From Minisyncoccota bacterium (lineage in GTDB: Bacteria; Patescibacteriota; Minisyncoccia; Phycocordibacterales; JABAAK01), in contig OZ244939.1 in NCBI GenBank assembly GCA_965222235.1, positions 94,041 to 158,040 on the forward strand: a stretch of 64,000 nucleotides of DNA, in the 5' to 3' direction. Numbering within the stretch: position 1 is the stretch's first letter; each line of letters starts with the position of its first letter. Positions 50,062 through 59,875 of this stretch are shown here, in pieces. The notes below the pieces were generated by a model. That model did no database searches. It was not told the DNA's origin and saw nothing but the letters and a program-made list of their open reading frames with translations. The translations under genes and the position numbers were made by a program.

Positions 50062-50144
50062 GTGCCGGAGGAGGGATTCGAACCCTCACACCCGAAGGTA
50101 CACGATTTTAAGTCGTGCGCGTATACCAATTCCGCCACTCCGGC
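50062..50144 (-). tRNA. tRNA-Leu (TAA)
   Basis: Reverse complement GCCGGAGTGGCGGAATTGGTATACGCGCACGACTTAAAATCGTGTACCTTCGGGTGTGAGGGTTCGAATCCCTCCTCCGGCAC. Near-duplicate of the CAA isoacceptor. Confidence 0.85.
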
Positions 50145-50183
50145 CTTCTACAAACAGTATATATGCAGTTCCGGCTGCAAAAC

Positions 50184-52478
50184 CTACCGCACCTCAAATC
50201 CTTTCTCCTGCAGCACCCGATACAGCCGTTCCGTCTGTTCATTGACAATACCGTCATCAAGTGTCTGAGAATCCGATTGAAATACCAGACGGAACGCATA
50301 TGATGTCCGTCCGTCTTTGACAAATGTGTCAAATAGATTGGTGCGGTATAGATAGCTGCCGCCGTGATCGTGCAGCAGCCGTTCCGCATCTTCTGCAGAA
50401 ACACCCGGGGGAACGAACATCGCAACATCGCGGAGCGCGAACGGATACGGCGAAGGAATACGATACTGCACATCCCCGATCGCCGGAGGAAGCATGTAGG
50501 TGTCAGCGGTAAGATCAATATCGTCAAGCACCACCTCCAATACCGAACCGTCAAAACTGCCGGGCAGGTCAATGCGGGAACGTACCGCCTCCTCAATCTC
50601 TTTCATATTCACCTTCGGCCTGCCGACCGTTTCAGTTACGCCGAGCGCAAGATGAACCTTTTCACCGTCTTCAGTGAAAACACTGCCGATTTCCATAATC
50701 CGGATATCACGCAGGCCGAGCAGCTCGCCGTTGTGCGCATTGCGCACAAGTGCCTCCTCAATCCCCTGCCGGAGATTCGGGCGGAGACACCCTTTGTCTT
50801 TCGCCACCGGATGTGCAACACAGATATCCCCCCTGTCACGGAATGAATAGGTGATGACTTCGGAAAAACCGAGCTCCCCGAGCTCCCGAATGAGCGCCAA
50901 ACGCTTCGCGAATGTTTTCGTGACCGTTCGTGCCGGTACATCGCCCGCCGGATCGGCTGCCGGTACGGCATCATAACCTGACATCCTGCCGATCTCCTCA
51001 ATGACATCGGCTTCGTGCTGTATATCAGGCCGCTCAACAGGAACGGTAATAATGAATCGCCGCTCGCCCCCGGACCATATCTCAGATGCATACACCATCC
51101 GACTGCGCTGAAACGGACGGCGCACGACGGCACGTTCGCCGGTGTCCCCTTCCGCCTCAATGACGGTATCGGCATCCAACAGAACCCCCGCATGATTGAT
51201 ACCCCGTTCGAGCGTGCCGGGAGACACCGGATACCCCGCCTCATATACCTGTTTTGTATGCAACGGCAATTTCGGATCGGCGGACACCATAAACACGAGG
51301 TCACCGGGTTTCGGATCAATCACCGGATTTGTTGAAAGATACTGATTAACAGACATACGGGGAAGTGAGGTGCCCGCCTGCGCCGCGGCAAAACATATGA
51401 GCGAGGAGCAGTCAAACATATCCGGCGCGTCTTTGGTGACTGATGCCCCCCAGGCATATGGTTTGCCGATCTGTAACTGCAGCACATCAAGGAAATATGC
51501 CCGGGGATCGCCGTACTCAAACGGCAGCTGCAGCCGCTCCAGTACATTCCGTATATCCTTCTCCGTGTATGATGACCCGAGATACTGATTCACACCGGCG
51601 ACTGACATGCCTGTTTTCCGCTGCCGTCCGAGCGGTACGCGCCGGCAGTCATATGACCCGGTGACGGTGCCGTACTGACCGAACACTTCCGCGACGCGAT
51701 GCATGGTATAGTCAATGAGCTCGGCGGGAAGATTCTGAGAAAAACGCAGACCGGCATCGGAGGTAAGATTAAGGCGGCGCATCGTTGCACGCACCGCGGC
51801 GCCCTGAAAGGTTGCCACTTCTACATATATATCTTTTGTGTCCGCATCAACTCCGGCATCCTCGCCCCCCTTAATGCCGGCCAGCCCCACGGCGCGGTCG
51901 TTGTCAACAATGACCGTATCCTCGGGTGTCAGCGTGATCGTGTCGCCGCCGAGAAGTGTCAGTGTTTCACCCTCCTTTGCCTGCCGTACACCGAACATTC
52001 CTGTAGTTTTTGCCGCATCAAATACGTGCGTCGGCTGGCCGATATCAAAAAGCAGGTAGTTAGATAAGTCAACAAGCGGACTGATGCTCCGCTGTCCGAG
52101 CGCCTCCAGCCGCTTCTGTATTTCAGCGGGCGTTTCGCGCAGATTAATATCTGACACGTTCAGCACGGTGTACCGGTCGCACCGGTCGGTATAAATATAT
52201 TCCTTTTTCTCCGCGAATGAAAACGGTGTATCAAAATACCGCCGGTTCATGGCAAGCGAGAAAATGGCCGCGATCTCTTTCGCGATGCCGTAGTGCGCAA
52301 GACAATCCGCGGAACGGTTCGGCAGAATATCAAGTTCATAGACCGTGTCACCGTTCTGTTCCGCTGCCGACTCAACCTCAAACGAATGCCGCATCAGCCC
52401 TTCACGAATATCTTCCGGAGGCGGCAGCGGTATATCAAAGAATGATTGTAACCAGGCATGGCTGTATATTCTTTTCAT
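50184..52478 (-). CDS. pheT: phenylalanyl-tRNA synthetase beta subunit with an embedded NlpC/P60-like domain
   Basis: B3/B4 editing domain (LVDLSNYLLFDIGQPTHVFD). B5. B6/7 start FIITVPVERPDIQHEADVIEEIGRMSGYD. C-terminal anticodon-binding domain. Residues about 325-472 form an extra domain (see findings). Confidence 0.85.
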   Translation of the reverse strand: MKRIYSHAWLQSFFDIPLPPPEDIREGLMRHSFEVESAAEQNGDTVYELDILPNRSADCLAHYGIAKEIAAIFSLAMNRRYFDTPFSFAEKKEYIYTDRCDRYTVLNVSDINLRETPAEIQKRLEALGQRSISPLVDLSNYLLFDIGQPTHVFDAAKTTGMFGVRQAKEGETLTLLGGDTITLTPEDTVIVDNDRAVGLAGIKGGEDAGVDADTKDIYVEVATFQGAAVRATMRRLNLTSDAGLRFSQNLPAELIDYTMHRVAEVFGQYGTVTGSYDCRRVPLGRQRKTGMSVAGVNQYLGSSYTEKDIRNVLERLQLPFEYGDPRAYFLDVLQLQIGKPYAWGASVTKDAPDMFDCSSLICFAAAQAGTSLPRMSVNQYLSTNPVIDPKPGDLVFMVSADPKLPLHTKQVYEAGYPVSPGTLERGINHAGVLLDADTVIEAEGDTGERAVVRRPFQRSRMVYASEIWSGGERRFIITVPVERPDIQHEADVIEEIGRMSGYDAVPAADPAGDVPARTVTKTFAKRLALIRELGELGFSEVITYSFRDRGDICVAHPVAKDKGCLRPNLRQGIEEALVRNAHNGELLGLRDIRIMEIGSVFTEDGEKVHLALGVTETVGRPKVNMKEIEEAVRSRIDLPGSFDGSVLEVVLDDIDLTADTYMLPPAIGDVQYRIPSPYPFALRDVAMFVPPGVSAEDAERLLHDHGGSYLYRTNLFDTFVKDGRTSYAFRLVFQSDSQTLDDGIVNEQTERLYRVLQEKGFEVR

Positions 52479-52479
52479 G

Positions 52480-53184
52480 TTAAAACTGGTTGATCAGACG
52501 GAGATCCGCTTTGTAGAGCAGGCGTACATCATCAAACTGGTAGCGCAGCATTGCAATGCGGTCAATCCCTATCCCGAACGCAAATCCACGGTACCGGCGC
52601 GGATCAATGCCCACCCGCGAGAGCACCTGCCGGTGCACCATACCGCACCCGAGTATTTCTATCCATTGATCATCCCCGTTCCGTTTCATGTCCACCTCCA
52701 GACTCGGTTCGGTGAACGGAAAAAAACTCGGGCGGTACCGGATTAAAACAGTACTGCCGAACAGGCGGCGCAGCACGGCTTCAAGCACCCCTTTCATGTC
52801 GGCAAGTGAGGTATCTTCGGTGATACACAGTCCCTCAAGCTGGTGAAACTGTGCTTCATGCGTTGCATCAGTCGCCTCATTCCTGAATACTTTGCCCGGA
52901 ATGATAATGCGGATGGGAGGCTGGTGGGTTTCCATATGCCGTATCTGCACCGGCGAGGTGTGCGTCCGCATTACCTGTCCCGGGGTGTCTTTAATCCAAA
53001 AGGTGTCCTGCATGTCCCGGGCCGGATGATCTGCGGGGATATTCAGCGCGTCAAAATTGTGGTACTCATCCTCAAGCTCGGGGCCGACGGCGATTGTGTA
53101 GCCGAATTCATCAAAAATACCGGTCATCTCGCCGATGATCGCAGTGAGGGGGTGCGTGCTTCCCCGTCGTATCCCCGATTCCAT
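52480..53184 (-). CDS. pheS: phenylalanyl-tRNA synthetase alpha subunit, catalytic core only
   Basis: 234 aa. Class II motifs HPARDMQDTFWI, RPSFFPFTEPSLEVDM. Lacks the N-terminal coiled-coil arm. Confidence 0.85.
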   Translation of the reverse strand: MESGIRRGSTHPLTAIIGEMTGIFDEFGYTIAVGPELEDEYHNFDALNIPADHPARDMQDTFWIKDTPGQVMRTHTSPVQIRHMETHQPPIRIIIPGKVFRNEATDATHEAQFHQLEGLCITEDTSLADMKGVLEAVLRRLFGSTVLIRYRPSFFPFTEPSLEVDMKRNGDDQWIEILGCGMVHRQVLSRVGIDPRRYRGFAFGIGIDRIAMLRYQFDDVRLLYKADLRLINQF

Positions 53185-53205
53185 ATGTATGTCAGTATAT
53201 CATAC

Positions 53206-53676
53206 ATGACCGGTATTCTTCTTGAAAATATACGGAGTGTGTTCAATGTCGGCAGTATATTCAGAACGGCCGATGCGGTCGGCGCCTCATTTGTACTGCT
53301 GTGCGGGTATACGCCGTGCCCGATTGACCGCATGGGACGCGTCAATGTAAAGATGCATAAAACGGCTCTCGGAGCGGAGATGAGCGTTCCGTGGAAGCGG
53401 TTTGAAAGCACACGGAAGGCGCTGAATGCCTATCCCGATCTGATGCCGGTTGCTGTTGAACAGACACCGTCCGCGGTACCCTACACGGAATGCGCCGTCG
53501 AACACCCCCTGTTCATATTCGGTAACGAAGTGGACGGCATCAGCCGGGACATTCGTGCGCAGGCACAGCGGCATATTTGCCTGCCTATGCGGGGATCAAA
53601 GGAATCGCTCAATGTCTCCATGTGCGCCGCGGTGGTGCTCTACCATCATTACTCCCGGGCGGCTGTCGCACCTTAA
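53206..53676 (+). CDS. SpoU-family tRNA 2'-O-methyltransferase (TrmL-like size)
   Basis: 156 aa from ATG 53206. SPOUT motifs FIFGNEVDGIS, LNVSMCAAVVLY. The longer annotated ORF overlaps pheS on the opposite strand. Confidence 0.6.
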   Translation: MTGILLENIRSVFNVGSIFRTADAVGASFVLLCGYTPCPIDRMGRVNVKMHKTALGAEMSVPWKRFESTRKALNAYPDLMPVAVEQTPSAVPYTECAVEHPLFIFGNEVDGISRDIRAQAQRHICLPMRGSKESLNVSMCAAVVLYHHYSRAAVAP

Positions 53677-54060
53677 TCAGCGGGAAGAGCGCTTTTTAAC
53701 TGATGATTTTTTCTCAAACAGCGTGCGCAGGTGCGGAGATATTTTTTTGATAGATTTTTTCTTAACGCGCACCTTGCCGGTTTTCATTTCATCATATTTC
53801 TTGTGTGTTTCAATGATCGGCTCAGCAATGGGATCAATGAGATCATGCTCAACCGCATCGCTTCCCTTTTTATACACATTAGTCATATATGCGATGCCTA
53901 TTTCAAGTTTTCTCACGGCAGCAAGTGCCCTGTCGTCAATATATTTCCGGAATCCGGAAGCGATGCGCACGCCGAAGTGATGTTCACAGAGAATCAGCGC
54001 GAGATACAGCAGTGCTGACAGGGACACGATGACTGTGATGTGCCCGAAATACTGCTCCAT
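53677..54060 (-). CDS. hypothetical membrane-anchored protein
   Basis: 127 aa. N-terminal TM helix. Lys-rich C-terminal tail. Confidence 0.3.
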   Translation of the reverse strand: MEQYFGHITVIVSLSALLYLALILCEHHFGVRIASGFRKYIDDRALAAVRKLEIGIAYMTNVYKKGSDAVEHDLIDPIAEPIIETHKKYDEMKTGKVRVKKKSIKKISPHLRTLFEKKSSVKKRSSR

Positions 54061-54079
54061 ACCATTAAGTATACCGCTG

Positions 54080-54661
54080 TTATATAACCCAGACGGTATA
54101 TTTCCCCACCTCTATCCGTTCGCCGAATTTTTGCACCGCCTCATCAATCATATTTTTCACCGTGCGGAAGTCGTCTTTCAAAAATGCCTGTTCAAGCAGA
54201 ATGACCTCCCGCATCTTCGCATCCACCATACCCTGCAGTATCTTTTCCTGAATATCCGCGGGCTTACCGGCATCTATGCCCTCTTTCAGTTCCGCAAGAA
54301 CCGTGTCCATCACATCCTGCGGCACCTGATCGCGGGAACAATACTGCGGCTGGTACGCCGCGCAGTGCATCGCGACATCACGCGCAAGCGCAATGAACCC
54401 CTCATTGCGGGCAACGAAATCAGTTTCGCAGAACATCTCAACCATCGCGCCGATGCGGTTCGTGGTATGAATGTATGACTGAATGACACCGGCGCCGAGA
54501 TTACGCTCTGACTTTTTCTGCGCGGCAAGAGCGCCACGCTCACGCAGCACCTCTCTCGCCCGCTCAATATCGCCGTCAGACATCTCCAGCGCCTCTTTGC
54601 ACTTCGAAATGGAATGTCCTGTCTCATCCCGCAATGTTTTAATTACCGTAATATCCACCAT
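54080..54661 (-). CDS. tsf: elongation factor Ts (short form)
   Basis: 193 aa. UBA-like N-terminus IKTLRDETGHSISKCKEAL. EF-Ts core TDFVARNEGF. Confidence 0.85.
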   Translation of the reverse strand: MVDITVIKTLRDETGHSISKCKEALEMSDGDIERAREVLRERGALAAQKKSERNLGAGVIQSYIHTTNRIGAMVEMFCETDFVARNEGFIALARDVAMHCAAYQPQYCSRDQVPQDVMDTVLAELKEGIDAGKPADIQEKILQGMVDAKMREVILLEQAFLKDDFRTVKNMIDEAVQKFGERIEVGKYTVWVI

Positions 54662-54666
54662 ATATA

Positions 54667-55404
54667 TTACTCCGTATCGTCGGTCGTATCGTCATTTTTC
54701 CCTTTTTTCCTCACTCCGGTGAGATATGCCTCTTCAATGAGAGAGAGAATGTATTGCACCGCATCACGCGACTGAATGTTCGCGATGATGGGATGCTGAA
54801 TGAGATTCCTGTCGGCATCGGCATTTGAAAAACCGATGACGGAAACACCGAGGCGGTTCGCCTCGGTGACGGCATTGTGCTCCTTCCGTGTGTCAAGTAC
54901 GAATACGGCGGACGGCATCTCTTCAAGAGAGATAATGCCTAAAAATTTACTCTCCAACTTGGTCAGTTCCCGATTCATCAATACTTTTTCTTTTTTGGTA
55001 AAGCGGGTCCATTTCCCCTCTTTCTTTTCCCGGCGCAGACGTTCCATATATTCAACCCGACCGCGGATGTTTTTGAAATTAGACAGTGCACCGCCGATCC
55101 ATCGGTTCAGCATGTACGGCATGGAAAGCGCCTGCGCGGTTTTTTCAACGAGATCAATTGTTTCCTTCCTCGTTGAAACGAAAAGGATAATCTGCCCCTT
55201 ATTCCCACACTGTTCAATATATGACAATGTTGACTGAAGCATATCAGTTATCTTTTCAACATCAAACATATTTCTTCCGACGGTAACGGAAGACAGCGAT
55301 GGATGGCGATACCGCCCCGTCACGGCATACTGGCCCCCGACTTCCCGTATCTTTTCTGCAATATCCTGATTACTCGGCATATATACAGGCATCATACCAC
55401 GCAT
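54667..55404 (-). CDS. rpsB: 30S ribosomal protein S2
   Basis: NRWIGGALSNFKNI, RELTKLESKFLGI, VFVLDTRKEHNAVTEANRLGVSVIGFSNADAD match uS2. The N-terminal about 45 aa are divergent. Confidence 0.8.
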   Translation of the reverse strand: MRGMMPVYMPSNQDIAEKIREVGGQYAVTGRYRHPSLSSVTVGRNMFDVEKITDMLQSTLSYIEQCGNKGQIILFVSTRKETIDLVEKTAQALSMPYMLNRWIGGALSNFKNIRGRVEYMERLRREKKEGKWTRFTKKEKVLMNRELTKLESKFLGIISLEEMPSAVFVLDTRKEHNAVTEANRLGVSVIGFSNADADRNLIQHPIIANIQSRDAVQYILSLIEEAYLTGVRKKGKNDDTTDDTE

Positions 55405-55438
55405 ACTGCGCTGATGGCAAGGAAGTTTCCGGCCGATG

Positions 55439-56179
55439 TTATGCCGCCTTCAGGCCCGCATCATCATCCGACAATGTAGCCAGTTCCCGGAATACCCGCT
55501 CTTTCTCCTTATCGACGTACACGGCAAAACCGGTATCGGCGATATACCGCAACGCATCCAATGAGCAGGAAAAAATACCGGGCATCTGCATCACTTCTTC
55601 ACGGTATCCCCGATCAAGAAGGGATCCGGCTTCAAATACGGAAAGAGATTGTTTCGGAAAATGATGAAGGTGCTGCACAAGCACATCGGAGGAGCCGTTT
55701 TCAATGAGCGCACGCGCCAGCGCAGACCGCTCAACCTCGGCAAAGGTATCATTGAGGTGCGCGAATACGAATGCGGCATCTCCCCGTGCGGCGAGCAGCA
55801 GCGCCACATCAACGCGGGAGACAATATCGGTGGAATCAACCAGCGGAATGACTTCGGAGATGATCCGATCAATCGGAACAAATTCAATGCTGTCAAATAG
55901 TTCCCGCCCGGTCACGGCAATGCTCTCAACCGTTTCAATTTCCTTCCGCATTTCCCCAGATTCCCTTCGCCGCCGCCCCTTGGTTGTCGTATCTTCAAAC
56001 CTGATATCCTGTTTATCATTCCTGCGAGGCTCGGCGCCGTCACGGATTCCTTTCGTATGATCACTTTTTCTTTTTGTTATCCTGTTGTTCTGCCGCTCAA
56101 CAAATTGACGGTCGCCCTTGCTCCGCTGCGCCGTTGTGCGCTTCTTTTCCCTTTTCGCATCAAAACCGAATAACTTCAT
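55439..56179 (-). CDS. hypothetical protein with highly basic N-terminal region
   Basis: About 246 aa from ATG 56179. K/R-rich first 90 aa, then an acidic/alpha-helical body. No recognisable motif. Confidence 0.3.
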   Translation of the reverse strand: MKLFGFDAKREKKRTTAQRSKGDRQFVERQNNRITKRKSDHTKGIRDGAEPRRNDKQDIRFEDTTTKGRRRRESGEMRKEIETVESIAVTGRELFDSIEFVPIDRIISEVIPLVDSTDIVSRVDVALLLAARGDAAFVFAHLNDTFAEVERSALARALIENGSSDVLVQHLHHFPKQSLSVFEAGSLLDRGYREEVMQMPGIFSCSLDALRYIADTGFAVYVDKEKERVFRELATLSDDDAGLKAA

Positions 56180-56314
56180 ATATATCTGCAGTATATACCC
56201 TCTCTCCGTGTGCCTGGTACGTATCACCATATTTTCCACATGAACCGGAACAGGTGCCCGTATCCGGGATGTATACTGAAGAGTAGAAATCATTACCACC
56301 GGAAGGAGAAAAAC

Positions 56315-56878
56315 ATGGACATCGGTTTGGATTTTGACGGCGTCATTGCTGACTGCAATGTGGTAAAGTCAATTGCCGCAGAAAAAATTTACGGTGAGCA
56401 CATTTCTCCCCGGGCATTCGCCATGAAGGAGATCGCGGAAGTGCTTACAGACGATCAATACCGGAACCTGAAACGCAGAATATATAACACGCGGGAATTT
56501 GAATCCGCAATGCGGCTTATCTGCGGAGCGGAGCGGACCATCAACGCACTGCTCGCCGAGGGACATGTAGTCCGGGTCATCACATCGCGGTTTGACACCA
56601 GTCTCACCATCGCCCGGCAATTCCTGCTCCGGCATGCCCTGCCGCTGCAGATCACAGGAGTCGGTATCAATACCAGCAAAAAAGAAGCTGCTGACGGTCT
56701 TGATGTGTTCATAGACGACGATGTTGAAAAGCTGGAACCGCTTGTCACGACCGTCAAACATCTGTATGTTTTCTCGTATCGGGATTGTGATGCGGATGAA
56801 CAAAATCTGCGCATCCGACGGGTATCTTCCTGGGAAGACATACATAACCGCATTCGTGCGCTTACCAAAGACACCTGA
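56315..56878 (+). CDS. HAD-superfamily hydrolase, possibly 5'(3')-deoxyribonucleotidase-like
   Basis: GGAAGGAG Shine-Dalgarno. HAD motif I IGLDFDGVIADC. Motif III/IV region FIDDDVEK. 187 aa. Confidence 0.55.
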   Translation: MDIGLDFDGVIADCNVVKSIAAEKIYGEHISPRAFAMKEIAEVLTDDQYRNLKRRIYNTREFESAMRLICGAERTINALLAEGHVVRVITSRFDTSLTIARQFLLRHALPLQITGVGINTSKKEAADGLDVFIDDDVEKLEPLVTTVKHLYVFSYRDCDADEQNLRIRRVSSWEDIHNRIRALTKDT

Positions 56879-56920
56879 CCCGGGTGTCTTTTCTTGCCCC
56901 CGGTGTATTCCTCCATAAAG

Positions 56921-57898
56921 CTACATTCTCTTTTCAACGATGAAACCCTTCTCCGTGCCGATAATGCCGATGCCGTACACCTCCTGTGCGATGCCCTGAT
57001 GTAGCAGTTTTTTGGCAATCTGATTGACAGTCGCTCCGGATCCGATCATATCGTCAATAATGAGAACCCGGGTGAACTTCTCTTCATACAGCGGGATATG
57101 GAATGTGAGGTCGGCATATTTCAGCCGCTCCGCATCAGTTGACAGATATTTCTGCTGCTGCGGAACCTCTCCCCCCTGTTTCTCTATCGGTATGACCGGC
57201 AGTGAAAAAGCACCTCCAAAGCTCCGGGAAAACGAGTGCATAATCTGAAAATCCCTTGAGGCAGAGTGAGGAACAATCACCACCGCCTCAATGTCTTTGT
57301 CGCGGATATACGCGCGAAGGACGGGGAGAAAATCTGACAGCAGCTGCCTGCCGTACCTCTCTGCCTGCGGTGTGTTGTCCTTGGCGATGCCGAGAAAAAT
57401 TGATTCTTTGGTTTTTCCGAAATCAGGCAGCGCATACGGAAATGCAAACACGGCCTCCTGCAAAAACATTTTTTCTCCGGTTTTTTCAGAAAAAGACCGT
57501 ATTTTTTCCGTTGAAGAAAAAATGTTTCCCTGTACCGCGCTGACAGCCTCCTCATACAGGCTGACTTTTTCCTGCAGAGAATGTTTTTTTAAACTGCCGT
57601 CAGACCACCGTAAAAAGGCTTCGGCACCCGTGTACATATCACCGATGGTGTCCCTGTAGATAAAGTGTTTTTCAATAAGGGGGCTTCGTATGGTCGGGTC
57701 GGGTCGGCGCACCATGCGGTAGCGAACGCGCGGTGCTCTGCCTAATTTCTCCACATGCCCGCTCTCGGTCAGCTCCTTCAGATACCTATGCACCAACTGC
57801 GGACTGACATTCAGCAGGCGCACCAAATCACGCGGCGCACAGTCCTGCTTCTCCAGCATATCCACCAATGCCTGCCTTTTACTGGTTGTATGTTTCAT
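56921..57898 (-). CDS. winged-HTH + phosphoribosyltransferase-domain regulator (PurR-like architecture)
   Basis: N-terminal wHTH (LVRLLNVSPQLVHRYLKELTESGHVEK). C-terminal PRPP-binding motif VLIIDDMIGSGATV. Confidence 0.55.
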   Translation of the reverse strand: MKHTTSKRQALVDMLEKQDCAPRDLVRLLNVSPQLVHRYLKELTESGHVEKLGRAPRVRYRMVRRPDPTIRSPLIEKHFIYRDTIGDMYTGAEAFLRWSDGSLKKHSLQEKVSLYEEAVSAVQGNIFSSTEKIRSFSEKTGEKMFLQEAVFAFPYALPDFGKTKESIFLGIAKDNTPQAERYGRQLLSDFLPVLRAYIRDKDIEAVVIVPHSASRDFQIMHSFSRSFGGAFSLPVIPIEKQGGEVPQQQKYLSTDAERLKYADLTFHIPLYEEKFTRVLIIDDMIGSGATVNQIAKKLLHQGIAQEVYGIGIIGTEKGFIVEKRM

Positions 57899-57935
57899 GA
57901 TGGTATGGTATCACATATATAAACAAATATACAGA

Positions 57936-58195
57936 CTATGGAATAAGGATATTAAGATAAAAGTCCACTATATACAGGATATTTTTTAGTTTATAGCACA
58001 CCATGTACTATAAACAACCATAGAGCCTATGAAATAAGGATATTGAGATAAAAGTCCACTATATACAGGATATTTTTTGGTTTATAGCACACCGTGTACT
58101 ATAAACAACCATAGAGCCTATGAAATAAGGATATTGAGATAAAAGTCCACTATATACAGGATATTTTTTGGTTGTATGGCACATCATACATGCTA
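57936..58195. repeat. tandem repeat, 91-bp unit x about 2.8 copies, each with a 25-bp near-palindrome TTTATAGCACAC-C-GTGTACTATAAA
   Basis: Units start at 57936, 58027 and 58118 with 2-4 mismatches between copies. The third copy degenerates after about 70 bp. Confidence 0.85.
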
Positions 58196-58284
58196 CACCG
58201 TCATATACTCCAGTATCGTAAAGAATGGTGAGAGAGATCTGCACACGACCGGGGTACATCCCGATCGTGTGTACACATAACATC

Positions 58285-58300
58285 TTTCTCTTGCTCCGAC
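58285..58300 (-). other. 16S precursor trailer half of a 16-bp leader/trailer processing stem (partner at 59883..59898)
   Basis: The + strand 58285-58300 TTTCTCTTGCTCCGAC is the exact reverse complement of + strand 59883-59898 GTCGGAGCAAGAGAAA. Confidence 0.6.
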
Positions 58301-58399
58301 TGCCTCCGGTTACGCATATCCGGAAAAGCGGGTACATGTTTCGGACGAGGTACCATTGTCCTGCTCACAAATAAATGAGAGCAATTGACTTCCTCCTTG

Positions 58400-59875
58400 C
58401 GGAGGCAGTTTCCTTGAATTATTCCACGAACAGCTTCCGCTACCCGTGCCTTGTTACGCCTTAGCCCTTGTTATTGAATTTACCTTAGACCCGTATGAAA
58501 CGGGGCGTCGGGTACCCTCAACTTCCTTGACTTGGCGGGCGGTGAGTACAAGACTCGAGAACGTATTCACCGCAGCGTGCTGATCTGCGATTACTAGCGA
58601 TTTCAACTTCATGAGGTCAAATTGCAGACCTCAATCCGGACTGAGACTACTTTTATGAGGATTTGCTCCGGCTTGCGCCTTGGCTTCCCGTTGTAGCAGC
58701 CATTGTATCATGCGTGCAGCCCGAGGCATCGAGGGACATGCGGACCTGGCGTCATCCTCTCCTTCCTCCCTCGTGAGAGGGCAGTCTCGTCTGACAACGT
58801 ATAACAGACGACGAGGGTTGCGTTCGTTACCCCACTTAAGGGAACAGTTCAAACCACGAACTGACGACGGCCATGCATCACCTGCCTACCCGCCCGAAGG
58901 AAATACCCCTTTCAGGGTATCGTCGTGTAGGTTTCTAGCCTCGGTAAGGTTTGTCGCTTAGCATCGAATTAAGCCGCGTGATCCACCGCTTGTGCGAGTC
59001 CCCGTCTATTCCTTTGAGTTTTAAGCTTGCGCTCGTACTACCCAGGCGGCTTGCTTAACGCGTTAGCTTCGCCTCATGAGGGTCAATGCCTCAAAAAGCT
59101 AGCAAGCATCGTTTAGGGCGTGGACTACTGGGGTATCTAATCCCATTCGCTACCCACGCTTTCGTCTCTGAGTGTCAGGAGCAGACCAGTGTGCTGCCTT
59201 CGCATTTGGTGTTCCCCACAGTATCAACGGATTTCACCCCTACTCTGTGAGTTCCACACACCTCTTCTGTCCTCAAGCACTGCCGTTTCGTATGCGGTTT
59301 TCCGGTTGAGCCGGAAGATTTAACATACGACTAACAGCGCCACCTACAGACGCTTTACGCCCAGTGATTCCGGGTAACGCTCGGGGCTTCTGTATTACCG
59401 CTCCTGCTGGCACAGAATTAGGAGCCCCTTATTCATACGGTACCGTCAATAAACTTCTTCCCGTATAAAAGGTGTTTACGCGCCGAAACGCTTCATCCAC
59501 CACGCGGCGTCGCTCCGTCAGGCTTTCGCCCATTGCGGAATATTCTCGACTGCGGCCTCCCGTAGGAGTATGGCCCGTGTCTCAGTGCCATCGGTGGGGG
59601 TCAGGCTCTCACCTCCCCTACGCGTCATAGCCTTGGTACGCCATTACCGTACCAACAAGCTGATGCGAAGCAGGCCCATCCCTAAGCGATAAATCTTTAC
59701 TCCGTAGAGACTATCGGGAATTAGCACATCTTTCGATGCGTTATGCCCGACTTAGGGGTAGATTCCTACCTGTTACTACCTCGTTTGCCACTGGGTCCGA
59801 AGACCCCGTTCGACTTGCATGCCCTATCCACGCCGCCAGCGTTCACCCTGAGCTAGGATCAAACTCTAAAAAAAG
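58400..59875 (-). rRNA. rrs: 16S ribosomal RNA, not linked to a 23S gene
   Basis: 5' end: reverse complement AGAGTTTGATCCTAGCTCAGGGTGAACGCTGGCGGCGTGG at about 59867. 515F/806R/1390-type conserved blocks. The 3' end is ...GTAACAAGG...GGAAACTGCCTCC near 58401. Confidence 0.9.

Noticed and set aside
57936-58195. Possible CRISPR array
   Set aside because: The units are 91 bp and directly abutting with no unique spacers. This is a tandem repeat, not repeat-spacer architecture.
58631-58961. ORFs inside the 16S rRNA gene (58631..58852, 58680..58961, and others up to 59936)
   Set aside because: They lie within a high-confidence rRNA gene, and rRNA reading frames are artefacts.
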